From: a bacterium
GTDB taxonomy: Bacteria; Bacillota; Clostridia; Christensenellales; Aristaeellaceae
Length of the DNA: 26,478 nucleotides
Direction of reading: 5' to 3'
NCBI GenBank assembly: GCA_963624325.1
Contig: CAVFPH010000021.1
Span: 1 to 26,478 of the forward strand
In this document: piece by piece, positions 15,969-24,107 of the stretch
How positions within the stretch are numbered: position 1 is the first letter of the stretch
Layout of the letters: every line of letters starts with the position of its first letter
Made by a program: the position numbers and the translations under genes
The notes under the pieces: generated by a model
Database searches by the model: none
What the model was told of the DNA's origin: nothing
Seen by the model: only the letters and a program-made list of their open reading frames with translations

Positions 15969-16693
15969 ATGATTTCCTCCTTTAGCAGCACCGGGCCATC
16001 CTTGCAGATGCGCTTATGCCCGTATTTTGTCTCGCACGTGCAGCCCATGCAGGCACCGAATCCGCACCCCATCCGCTCCTCAAAGCTGTACTGACCGCTT
16101 GTTTCGGAGGCATCGTAAACGGCCTTCAGCATCGGCTCGGGGCCGCAGCAGCAGGTTGAGGAGTAGGAAAGCCCGCGCATTGCATCGGCCGCAAAACCTT
16201 TTGCGCCAAAACTTCCGTCCGCCGTGGCAATGATCACCTTTGCACCGATGTTTTCGAATTCTCTTTGGTAAAAAATCTCCGCTGCGGTATTAAATCCCAT
16301 GATGACGGCAGTTTTTTTCCCCTGTTCGATCAGTTTTCGGGCAAGATAGTACAGGGGAGGGATGCCCGCGCCGCCACCGATCAGCAGCGGCTGCTCGCCC
16401 GTCAAGGCAAGGTCATAGCCGTTACCGAGGCCCGAAAGCACGTCGATTTTCTTTCCGGGCAGATAGGCGGCCATATCGGCCGTTCCATGCCCGACAACCT
16501 TATAAATCAAGGTCAGCATGTCCCCATCGACATTGCACACCGAAATCGGACGGCGCAGAAAGTGATTTTCAAGCAGCAGCTGCACAAACTGGCCGGGAGT
16601 GCTGATGGCGCCCGTATCGCCGCGCAGCACCATTTCCCATACGTTTGTGCAAAGATTGCGGTTGGATTGAATTTCAAAGATGCCTTGACGCAT
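15962..16693 (-). CDS. pyrK: Dihydroorotate dehydrogenase electron-transfer subunit (FAD / 2Fe-2S), 243 aa
   Basis: Ferredoxin-reductase-like fold motifs (RRPISV, GGGAGIPPL) and a C-terminal 2Fe-2S cysteine cluster, CGPEPM ... CGFGACMGCTC. It lies directly upstream of pyrD, as in class 1B DHODH operons. Confidence 0.92.
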   Translation of the reverse strand: MRQGIFEIQSNRNLCTNVWEMVLRGDTGAISTPGQFVQLLLENHFLRRPISVCNVDGDMLTLIYKVVGHGTADMAAYLPGKKIDVLSGLGNGYDLALTGEQPLLIGGGAGIPPLYYLARKLIEQGKKTAVIMGFNTAAEIFYQREFENIGAKVIIATADGSFGAKGFAADAMRGLSYSSTCCCGPEPMLKAVYDASETSGQYSFEERMGCGFGACMGCTCETKYGHKRICKDGPVLLKEEIIW

Positions 16694-16696
16694 GCC

Positions 16697-19600
16697 TTAC
16701 TCCTTGTCGATGGTGGAGATTGCAAAGGTTGTTTCCTCCAGTACATCCAGCAGTACGCGCACGGTGTCCAGCGCAGAGAACAGGCTTACGTTGTTTTCCA
16801 CGCTCAGGCGCCTGATCATAAACCCGTCGCGTGCCTGGTTCATGCTGCCGATGTCACGGGTGTTGATCACATAGGCAATGTGACCCTGACGGAGGGCATT
16901 GGGAATATCCTCGCTTCCCTCGCTGATTTTTTTCAGCACGCGGGTTTTGATGCCGTGTTCCTTCAGGAAGCGGGCAGTGCCCTCGGTAGCCTCGATATTG
17001 AAGCCGAGATTATAGAAACGCTTGATCAGCGGAAATGCCTCTTCCTGATCTTTGGTTGCAATGGTGGCAAAGACCGTGCCGTAATTTTGAAGGTTCATGC
17101 CCGATGCCTGCAGTGCCTTATACAGGGCGCGGTAAAGCTTATCATCATAGCCGATTGCCTCACCGGTGGATTTCATTTCGGGGCTGAGGTAGGCATCCAG
17201 GCCGCGGATCTTTGCAAAGGAGAATACGGGCACCTTGACATACCAGCGCTTCTTTTCAGGCGGATAGAGATCGAAAATTCCCTGTTCCTTCAGGCTTGTG
17301 CCGAGGATGACATTGGTGGCGATGTCGGCCAGCGAATACCCTGTTGCCTTGGACAGGAAGGGTACCGTTCGGCTGGAGCGCGGGTTGACCTCAATCACAA
17401 ATACGTTTTCGTCCTTGTCCACAATAAACTGGATATTGTACAGCCCGACGATACCCAGCCCAAGGCCCAGTTTCTTTGAGTATTGCAGGATAATGCCCTT
17501 TACCTTGTTGCTGATGGAAAAGGTAGGATAGACGCTGATGGAGTCGCCGGAATGAATGCCGGTGCGTTCCACCAGTTCCATGATGCCGGGCACAAATACG
17601 TCCCGCCCGTCGCAGATCGCATCCACTTCAACTTCTTTGCCCATGATGTAGTGATCTACCAGCACGGGTTTGTCCTCATCAATTTCCACTGCGGTTTTCA
17701 GGTAGCGGCGTAGCTGCTCTTCATTTGTCACAATCTGCATTGCCCGGCCGCCCAGTACAAAGCTCGGACGCACCAGCACCGGGTAACCGATTTCTTCGGC
17801 AGCCTTTACCCCATCCTCAATGTGCGTAACCGCCCGTCCGGCACTTTGCGGAATGTGCAATTCATGCAGGATTCGCTCAAACGCATCACGGTTTTCCGCA
17901 TTGTTGATTGCATTTACATCCGTTCCGATAATTTTAACGCCTCTGTCAAAGAGCGGCTGTGCCAGGTTGATTGCCGTCTGACCGCCCAAGGAAGCAATTA
18001 CCTCGTCCGCGCCCTCATATTCCAGAATGTTCATCACATCTTCCACCGTAAGCGGCTCAAAGTAAAGCTTATCGGCAGTGGTGTAATCGGTCGATACGGT
18101 TTCCGGGTTGTTGTTGATGATGATGGCCTCGTAGCCCGCCCGGCGAATAGTGCTTACGGCATGCACGGTGGAATAGTCAAATTCCACGCCCTGGCCGATG
18201 CGGATGGGGCCTGCGCCCAGCACAACCTTCTTTGGACGGTCCGTCACGATTGACTGATTTTTGCCGTCATAGCTGGAGTAGAAATACGGGATATATGCCC
18301 CCGTGTGGCAGGTATCCACCATGCAGAAGCAGGGACGGACGTTGTTTTCATGACGGAACGCGCATACTTCTTTCTCTGTCACATCCCAGAAGTGGGCCAC
18401 TGCCTTATCGCAAAAGCCCATCTTTTTGGCTGCCGTCAGGACATCGGCGTCCATCGGATGCGCGGCAAGTGCCTTTTCCATGTCGGTAATTTTGCAAAGG
18501 CTTTCCAGAAAATAGCGTGTGATTGCGGTGGCCTGATAGAGCTTTTCAATGCTTACGCCAAGGCGCAGTGCCTGCGTCACGGCATAAATGCCGTCGTCAC
18601 GGAAGGTCGAAACATACTCCAGCAGTTCTTCCTCGCTCATGCCGTCAAACTTGGCCATATGGAAGTGGCACACGCCGATCTCCAGGCTGCGCACGCCCTT
18701 GAGCAGCGCTTCCTCCAGGTTGGCGCCGATGCCCATAACCTCGCCCGTCGCCTTCATCTGTGTTCCCAGTTTGTTGTTTGCCGAAGTAAACTTGTCAAAC
18801 GGGAAGCGCGGAAGCTTTGCCACGATGTAGTCAAGGCTCGGCTCAAAAGCAGCATTGGTATTGGCAATGGCGATTTCTTCCAGCCTCATGCCGACGGCGA
18901 TTTTGGCCGTAACGCGTGCAATGGGGTAGCCGCTGGCCTTGGATGCAAGCGCAGAGGAGCGGGAAACGCGCGGATTGACCTCAATCAGGAAATATTCGCC
19001 GGAATCCGGATTCAGTGCAAACTGCACATTGCATCCGCCCTCGATTTTCAAAGCGCGGATGATCTTGATGGCAGAGTCGTTGAGCATTTTCAGGTCATGA
19101 TCGCTGAGGGTCAAAATCGGCGCTACGACAATGGAATCTCCCGTATGCACACCCACGGGATCCACGTTTTCCATGCCGCAGATGGTAATGGCATGGTCGC
19201 TTCCGTCGCGCATGACTTCAAACTCGATTTCCTTGTATCCCTTCACGCTCTTTTCCACCAGCACCTGATGCACGGGACTGAGGCGGAACGCATTCACGGC
19301 AGTCTCAATCAGCTCTGCCTCGTCATATGCAAATCCGCCGCCCGTTCCGCCCAGCGTAAACGCGGGGCGCAGCACCACGGGATAGCCGATTTTCCGGGCG
19401 GCTTCAGCGGCCTCCTCGACAGAATAGGTAATTTGAGAGGGAATGACCGGTTCGCCGATCTCCTGGCACAATTCTTTAAACAGCTCGCGATCCTCCGCGC
19501 GCTCAATGCTGGCGCTGCTGGTGCCAAGCAGCTCCACGCGGCATTCCTTCAAAATGCCCTTCTTTTCCAGCTGCATTGCCAGGTTCAGCCCGGTTTGGCC

Positions 19601-19873
19601 GCCGATGCCGGGAATAATGGCATCCGGCCGCTCGTAGCGCAGGATGCGTGCCACGTACTCCAGCGTCAGCGGCTCCATGTACACCCTGTCCGCAATGGAG
19701 GTATCGGTCATGATGGTAGCGGGATTGGAGTTCACCAGCACTACTTCATAGCCTTCTTCCTTCAGGGCAAGGCAAGCCTGCGTGCCGGCATAGTCAAACT
19801 CCGCAGCCTGACCAATCACGATGGGGCCCGAACCGATGATGAGTATTTTTTTCAGATCCGTTCTCTTTGCCAT
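16697..19873 (-). CDS. carB: Carbamoyl-phosphate synthase large subunit (1058 aa)
   Basis: MAKRTDLKKILIIGSGPIVIGQAAEFDYAGTQA N-terminus. A duplicated ATP-grasp halves architecture, with the second half starting KKVVLGAGPIRIGQGVEFDY. An MGS-like C-terminal domain is present. The ATG at 19873 is preceded by GGAGGA with a 7-nt spacer; the ORF-track ATG at 19888 lies inside that RBS. Confidence 0.95.
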   Translation of the reverse strand: MAKRTDLKKILIIGSGPIVIGQAAEFDYAGTQACLALKEEGYEVVLVNSNPATIMTDTSIADRVYMEPLTLEYVARILRYERPDAIIPGIGGQTGLNLAMQLEKKGILKECRVELLGTSSASIERAEDRELFKELCQEIGEPVIPSQITYSVEEAAEAARKIGYPVVLRPAFTLGGTGGGFAYDEAELIETAVNAFRLSPVHQVLVEKSVKGYKEIEFEVMRDGSDHAITICGMENVDPVGVHTGDSIVVAPILTLSDHDLKMLNDSAIKIIRALKIEGGCNVQFALNPDSGEYFLIEVNPRVSRSSALASKASGYPIARVTAKIAVGMRLEEIAIANTNAAFEPSLDYIVAKLPRFPFDKFTSANNKLGTQMKATGEVMGIGANLEEALLKGVRSLEIGVCHFHMAKFDGMSEEELLEYVSTFRDDGIYAVTQALRLGVSIEKLYQATAITRYFLESLCKITDMEKALAAHPMDADVLTAAKKMGFCDKAVAHFWDVTEKEVCAFRHENNVRPCFCMVDTCHTGAYIPYFYSSYDGKNQSIVTDRPKKVVLGAGPIRIGQGVEFDYSTVHAVSTIRRAGYEAIIINNNPETVSTDYTTADKLYFEPLTVEDVMNILEYEGADEVIASLGGQTAINLAQPLFDRGVKIIGTDVNAINNAENRDAFERILHELHIPQSAGRAVTHIEDGVKAAEEIGYPVLVRPSFVLGGRAMQIVTNEEQLRRYLKTAVEIDEDKPVLVDHYIMGKEVEVDAICDGRDVFVPGIMELVERTGIHSGDSISVYPTFSISNKVKGIILQYSKKLGLGLGIVGLYNIQFIVDKDENVFVIEVNPRSSRTVPFLSKATGYSLADIATNVILGTSLKEQGIFDLYPPEKKRWYVKVPVFSFAKIRGLDAYLSPEMKSTGEAIGYDDKLYRALYKALQASGMNLQNYGTVFATIATKDQEEAFPLIKRFYNLGFNIEATEGTARFLKEHGIKTRVLKKISEGSEDIPNALRQGHIAYVINTRDIGSMNQARDGFMIRRLSVENNVSLFSALDTVRVLLDVLEETTFAISTIDKE

Positions 19874-19901
19874 GCTTTTTTCCTCCATTCAATTGCAATG
19901 C

Positions 19902-21125
19902 TTAGTTTGCGTCAGTCCATACAACCCGGCCGCGGCATACGGTCAGTCTGCATTGTCCAAACACCCGCGCTCCCGCAAACGGTGTGCTTTTTCCCTTCGA
20001 CAGGAATGTTTCCGGATCAATTGTATATTCCGAATTCAGGTCAAACAGCGTAAAGCTGTCTTCCTGCGGGGACGCAAGGTCAAAGCGCTTGACGGGATTC
20101 TCATACAGCAGTTCAATCAGTTTTGTCAGCGTAAGGATGCCCGTCTTTACCAAGCCCGTATACAGCACGGGGAATGCCGTTTCAAGCCCGACAACCCCCA
20201 TCAGGCTGCCCGCAAGGCCACGGCCTTTCTCCTCTGCGCTGTGCGGCGCATGATCGGTGGCAACCATGTCAATGGTTCCGTCCAGCACGCCCTCAATCAG
20301 CGCTTCGCGGTCGGCTGCGCTTCTTAGCGGCGGATTCATCTTGAATCGCCCATCTTCCAAAAGGCATCCTTCATCCAGCAGAAGATAATGCGGCGCTGTT
20401 TCGCAGGTCACATCCAGACCCTCTGCCTTTGCCTTTCGGATCAGTCGGACGCTCTCCTTTGTGGAAACGTGGCAGATATGATACGCACAGCCGGTTTCCC
20501 GTACAAGCTCCAGATCCCGCTCAATCGGTTTCCATTCGCTTTCGGAGCAGATTCCCCGATGTCCATGGGCGGCGGCATATGCGCCGTCATGGATGTACCC
20601 GCCGCAAAGGAGGCTGTTGTCCTCGCAGTGCGCAGCTATGATTTTGCCAAGGGAATGTGCTTTCCGCATAGCGGCCTTCATCATGTCATGGTCCTGCACG
20701 CCCCGCCCGTCATCCGAAAAGGCGCACACATAGGGAGCCATGGCTTCCATATCCGAAAGCATTTTCCCATGCTCTCCCCGCGTAATGGCCCCATAAGGCA
20801 ATACGCGGATGCAGGCATCTCTGCTGATAATCTCCAGCTGCTCCCGCAGGTGCTCCCGGGTATCCGGCACGGGATTCAGGTTCGGCATGGTGCAAACCGT
20901 GCAGAAACCGCCCCGTGCCGCCGCCCTGCTGCCGCTGAAAATGGTTTCTTTATAAGAAAAACCCGGCTCACGGAAGTGCACATGCACATCCGCAAAGCCG
21001 GGAAAAACAGCAAGGCTGTTGAAGGAAAGATCGGTATCCGCCGAATTTTCGGCGGTGAATGAAAAATCACGGTGAACAAAATGCCCTTTCTCGTAGACAT
21101 AGGCGTTCTTCACGATACCCTTCAT
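19902..21125 (-). CDS. pyrC: Dihydroorotase (407 aa; alternative start at 21140)
   Basis: Metal-binding DVHVHFREPG, KAAMRKA... carboxylated-Lys region, HCED, HVST, and the TDHAPH motif. The ATG at 21125 (MKGIVKNAYVY) is preceded by GAGGA with an 8-nt spacer. Confidence 0.92.
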   Translation of the reverse strand: MKGIVKNAYVYEKGHFVHRDFSFTAENSADTDLSFNSLAVFPGFADVHVHFREPGFSYKETIFSGSRAAARGGFCTVCTMPNLNPVPDTREHLREQLEIISRDACIRVLPYGAITRGEHGKMLSDMEAMAPYVCAFSDDGRGVQDHDMMKAAMRKAHSLGKIIAAHCEDNSLLCGGYIHDGAYAAAHGHRGICSESEWKPIERDLELVRETGCAYHICHVSTKESVRLIRKAKAEGLDVTCETAPHYLLLDEGCLLEDGRFKMNPPLRSAADREALIEGVLDGTIDMVATDHAPHSAEEKGRGLAGSLMGVVGLETAFPVLYTGLVKTGILTLTKLIELLYENPVKRFDLASPQEDSFTLFDLNSEYTIDPETFLSKGKSTPFAGARVFGQCRLTVCRGRVVWTDAN

Positions 21126-21151
21126 GCCTTGCTTCCTCATTTCTTTGCATC

Positions 21152-21180
21152 AAAAACGCCCTTGCCGGTTGGCAAGAGCG
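21152..21180 (-). terminator. Attenuator (leader) terminator of the pyr operon
   Basis: Minus-strand RNA reads CGCUCUUGCC-AACC-GGCAAGGGCG (10-bp stem with one G.U) followed by UUUUU. It ends about 27 nt upstream of the pyrC ATG. Confidence 0.75.
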
Positions 21181-21223
21181 GTACAAACAGAAACTCCGGA
21201 CGCATGGCGCCCCGATTCATGTA

Positions 21224-21258
21224 CGTCTTGCCGGTCTCTCGTACCGACTTAAAGAACG
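21224..21258 (-). promoter_or_regulatory. PyrR-binding-loop-like anti-antiterminator element in the pyr leader
   Basis: Minus-strand RNA reads CGUUCUUUAA-GUCGGUACGAGAGACCGGC-AAGACG. It matches the PyrR binding-loop pattern (UUUAA ... GAGAG in the hairpin apex ... CAAG) with a lower stem ACGU/ACGU. Its 3' flank GGCAAGA is complementary to UCUUGCC, the 5' arm of the leader terminator, giving antiterminator potential. Confidence 0.6.
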
Positions 21259-21270
21259 TTTTACGGGGGT

Positions 21271-21299
21271 ATTGTATCATGCGCGCGGCGGGCTGTCAA
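21271..21299 (-). promoter_or_regulatory. Sigma-A promoter of the pyr operon
   Basis: Minus strand reads consensus TTGACA (21299-21294), a 17-nt spacer, then TACAAT (21276-21271). It is followed by a leader of about 139 nt. Confidence 0.65.
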
Positions 21300-21340
21300 T
21301 GGTTAAATATGCGGCCTACAAATTTCCGGGATATTTTTCA

Positions 21341-22510
21341 TCAGACTTTACAGACAAACAGGGAGAACAGTGTCAGCACCAGCAGAAACGAAAAGTTGAA
21401 TGCCGAGAAGAGCTTAATGTAAAACTTTCCCTCTCCGCGGTAATGCGAACCGAACTCCCGAAATGTAATCAAGCTGGCCAGAGAAGCGATCAGCGTTCCC
21501 GTACCGCCGATATTGACGCCGATCAGCAGCGCAGGATAATTTTGCGTAAATTGCGACAGCAGGATCGCCGAGGGAACATTGCTGATGCATTGGCAGGACA
21601 GGACGGCGGTAAGAAGGGTATTTTTTTGCAGAAGGCCGGAAAACAGGCTGCGTACAGGCTCAATTCTTGCCATATTGCCCGCAAAGGTAAAAAAGCAGAC
21701 AAAGGTCAGCAGCAGGCAATAGTCCACCATGCCCAGCGCTTTGCGGTCTGTGATCAAAAGCGAAACAATCAATATTGTCAGCACCAGCCATGCGGGCAGC
21801 AGACGGAAAACCATCAGTATCGTCAGCGCAAACAGCACCAGATAAAAAGCCGTGCGCATGGGCGGCAGGCTCCGGCTTTTCCCCTGGTCGGATGCCTTGA
21901 TCTGCAGTCGGCGCTTTGGCAAAAACAGGCAGCACAGCGTAATGAGCACCACGGATACGGCAAACGGCGGAAACATAATGGACATAAACTCGCCGTTTTC
22001 AATGCTGTAGTGTGCGTACAGATACAGGTTTTGCGGATTTCCGAAGGGTGTCAGCATGCCGCCGAGGTTCGCGGCAATGTTCTGCAGGATAAATACAATG
22101 GCCATGTCCCGCTTGCTGTCCGTAACGGAAAAGACAAAATAGCCAAGCGGCAAAAAGGTAATCAGCGCCATATCGTTGGCAATCAGCATGGATCCGATAA
22201 ATGTAATATAAACCAGTGCCAGCGCAGCGGTTCGCTCACTGCCCGTAAGGATAATAATGCGCTGTGCCAGGATCGAAAAGAAATGAATATTCTTCAGCGC
22301 GCACACCACCGCCAGTGTTCCAAACAGGCAGCACAGCGTTTTGATGTCATAATACCCTGCATATTCCCGATCGGGCGGTACAAGCACCATGGACAGCAAT
22401 GCCAGTGCCAGCGCAATCAGCAGCACGGTATTTTTTCGGGCAAACGCCTTTGCTTTCTCCATTTTCGATGTCGTGCTTTCCCGTTTTGCTTCCACCATCA
22501 AGCGCCTCAT
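21341..22510 (-). CDS. Polytopic anion/citrate-transporter-superfamily permease (ArsB/NhaD/CitMHS-like), 389 aa
   Basis: About 10-12 hydrophobic helices. Family-like motifs: NDMALITFLPL, LGGMLTPFGNPQNL and GVNIGGTGTLIASLASL. AAGGA sits 6 nt before the ATG at 22510. The substrate cannot be inferred. Confidence 0.75.
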   Translation of the reverse strand: MRRLMVEAKRESTTSKMEKAKAFARKNTVLLIALALALLSMVLVPPDREYAGYYDIKTLCCLFGTLAVVCALKNIHFFSILAQRIIILTGSERTAALALVYITFIGSMLIANDMALITFLPLGYFVFSVTDSKRDMAIVFILQNIAANLGGMLTPFGNPQNLYLYAHYSIENGEFMSIMFPPFAVSVVLITLCCLFLPKRRLQIKASDQGKSRSLPPMRTAFYLVLFALTILMVFRLLPAWLVLTILIVSLLITDRKALGMVDYCLLLTFVCFFTFAGNMARIEPVRSLFSGLLQKNTLLTAVLSCQCISNVPSAILLSQFTQNYPALLIGVNIGGTGTLIASLASLITFREFGSHYRGEGKFYIKLFSAFNFSFLLVLTLFSLFVCKV

Positions 22511-22542
22511 TTCTCATCCTTCGGAATTCAAAAACGCTACCA

Positions 22543-22571
22543 ATCATAGTGTTGTTTTGCGGCAATGTCAA
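22543..22571 (-). promoter_or_regulatory. Candidate sigma-A promoter of the permease gene
   Basis: Minus strand reads TTGACA (22571-22566), a 17-nt spacer, then TATGAT (22548-22543). Confidence 0.55.
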
Positions 22572-22650
22572 GGGCTTTTTTTAGGAAGTTGTCTGTGATT
22601 TTTTCGAAAGAAAACAGGCACAAAACATCGCAAGCAGCGCAAATAAACAG

Positions 22651-22679
22651 TTGACAGATTGCCTTTCGTCTGCTAAAAT
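22651..22679 (+). promoter_or_regulatory. Sigma-A promoter of glnA
   Basis: TTGACA (22651-22656), a 17-nt spacer, then TAAAAT (22674-22679). Confidence 0.6.
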
Positions 22680-22688
22680 ACCCGCATT

Positions 22689-22741
22689 ACAGAGCAAGGG
22701 TGCTATGCAAGGTGTTCCCGTGCTCTGTTTTACTATTTTTT
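22689..22741 (+). terminator. Leader (attenuator) terminator upstream of glnA
   Basis: ACAGAGCAaGGG (22689-22700) pairs with CCCgTGCTCTGT (22717-22728): 8 bp plus 3 bp around one A/G mismatch, with a 16-nt loop. It is followed by TTTTACTATTTTTT. It lies between the predicted TSS (about 22686) and the glnA RBS GGGAGGA (22743-22749). Confidence 0.6.
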
Positions 22742-22757
22742 CGGGAGGATTTTCGGA

Positions 22758-24089
22758 ATGAGCAAGTTCACCAAGGAAGATATCATTCGCATTGTACACG
22801 AAGATGATGTGGCGTTTATCCGCATGCAGTTTACCGATATCTTCGGCCAGCTGAAGAACGTGGCCATCACTGCCTCACAGATTGAAAAGGCTGTCAACAA
22901 CGAAATCATGATTGACGGCAGCTCCATTGAAGGCTTTGTTCGCATTCAGGAATCCGACCAGTACCTCCGTCCCGATTTGGATACCTTTACCATTCTGCCC
23001 TGGCGTCCTCAGCACGGCAAGGTTGCCCGGCTGATCTGCGATGTATACAATCCGGACGGCACCCCCTTTATCGGCGATCCCCGCGGAGCGCTGCGCCGGA
23101 TGCTGAAAAAAGCGGCTGACATGGGCTACAGCTTTAACGTGGGCCCGGAATGCGAATTTTTCCTGTTCCAGACCGATGAGGACGGCAAGCCCACCACGGC
23201 CACCAATGATGAGGCCGGCTATTTTGACCTGGGCCCGCTGGATCACGGTGAAAGCACGCGCCGCGAAATCTGCATGGCACTTGAAACCATGGGCTTTGAA
23301 ATTGAAGCCTCCCACCATGAAGTGGCCGCCGGTCAGCATGAAATTGACTTTAAATATGCCGAGGCGCTGTCTGCAGCCGACAATATCATGACATTCAAAC
23401 TGGCCGTAAAAACGCTGGCTCAAAAGAACGGTCTGCATGCCACCTTTATGCCCAAGCCCATCTTCGGCATCAACGGCAGCGGCATGCACACCAATATGTC
23501 GCTGTTCAAGGACGGCAAAAACGTGTTTTTCGATCAGGGCGGCGATAAGCAGCTGTCTGAGGATGCCTATCATTATATCGCCGGTCTGCTGCATCACATC
23601 AGCGGCATGACGGCCATCCTGAATCCCCTGGTCAATTCCTATAAGCGCCTGGTCCCCGGCTATGAAGCACCCTGCTACACGGCCTGGTCTGCCTCCAACC
23701 GCTCGGCCCTGATTCGCATTCCCGCCGCGCGTGGTCAATCCACCCGTGTGGAACTGCGCTGTCCCGATCCTTCCTGCAATCCTTATTTGGCGCTGACCGT
23801 GTGCCTTGCGGCCGGTCTGGACGGCATCGAAAAGAAGATGACGCCGCCCGCCGAGATCACCGGCAATATCTTTGCCATGACGCCTGCAGAACGCGAAGCC
23901 AAGGGAATCCGCAGCCTGCCCGGCACGCTGCATGATGCCCTCGCCGCCATGCAGGAAGATAAGCTGGTATGCGATGCGCTGGGCGAGCACATTGTCAGCC
24001 AGTACGTAGCCGGCAAAGAGAAGGAGTGGGATTCTTACCGCACCCACGTGAGCAGCTGGGAAATTGAAAAATATCTGGTTACCTACTAA
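22758..24089 (+). CDS. glnA: Glutamine synthetase type I (443 aa, GSI-alpha, Bacillus/Clostridium-like)
   Basis: Matching blocks include [58 protein letters not shown] and [23 protein letters not shown] sits 8 nt upstream. Confidence 0.95.
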   Translation: MSKFTKEDIIRIVHEDDVAFIRMQFTDIFGQLKNVAITASQIEKAVNNEIMIDGSSIEGFVRIQESDQYLRPDLDTFTILPWRPQHGKVARLICDVYNPDGTPFIGDPRGALRRMLKKAADMGYSFNVGPECEFFLFQTDEDGKPTTATNDEAGYFDLGPLDHGESTRREICMALETMGFEIEASHHEVAAGQHEIDFKYAEALSAADNIMTFKLAVKTLAQKNGLHATFMPKPIFGINGSGMHTNMSLFKDGKNVFFDQGGDKQLSEDAYHYIAGLLHHISGMTAILNPLVNSYKRLVPGYEAPCYTAWSASNRSALIRIPAARGQSTRVELRCPDPSCNPYLALTVCLAAGLDGIEKKMTPPAEITGNIFAMTPAEREAKGIRSLPGTLHDALAAMQEDKLVCDALGEHIVSQYVAGKEKEWDSYRTHVSSWEIEKYLVTY

Positions 24090-24107
24090 GATTGTTCGGA
24101 GTCCGGA

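Noticed and set aside
22680-22757. Glutamine riboswitch (glnA RNA motif) or T-box in the glnA leader.
   Set aside because: The leader is only about 72 nt and is essentially a single terminator hairpin. It is too short for a T-box, and I saw none of the conserved glutamine-riboswitch three-stem features.
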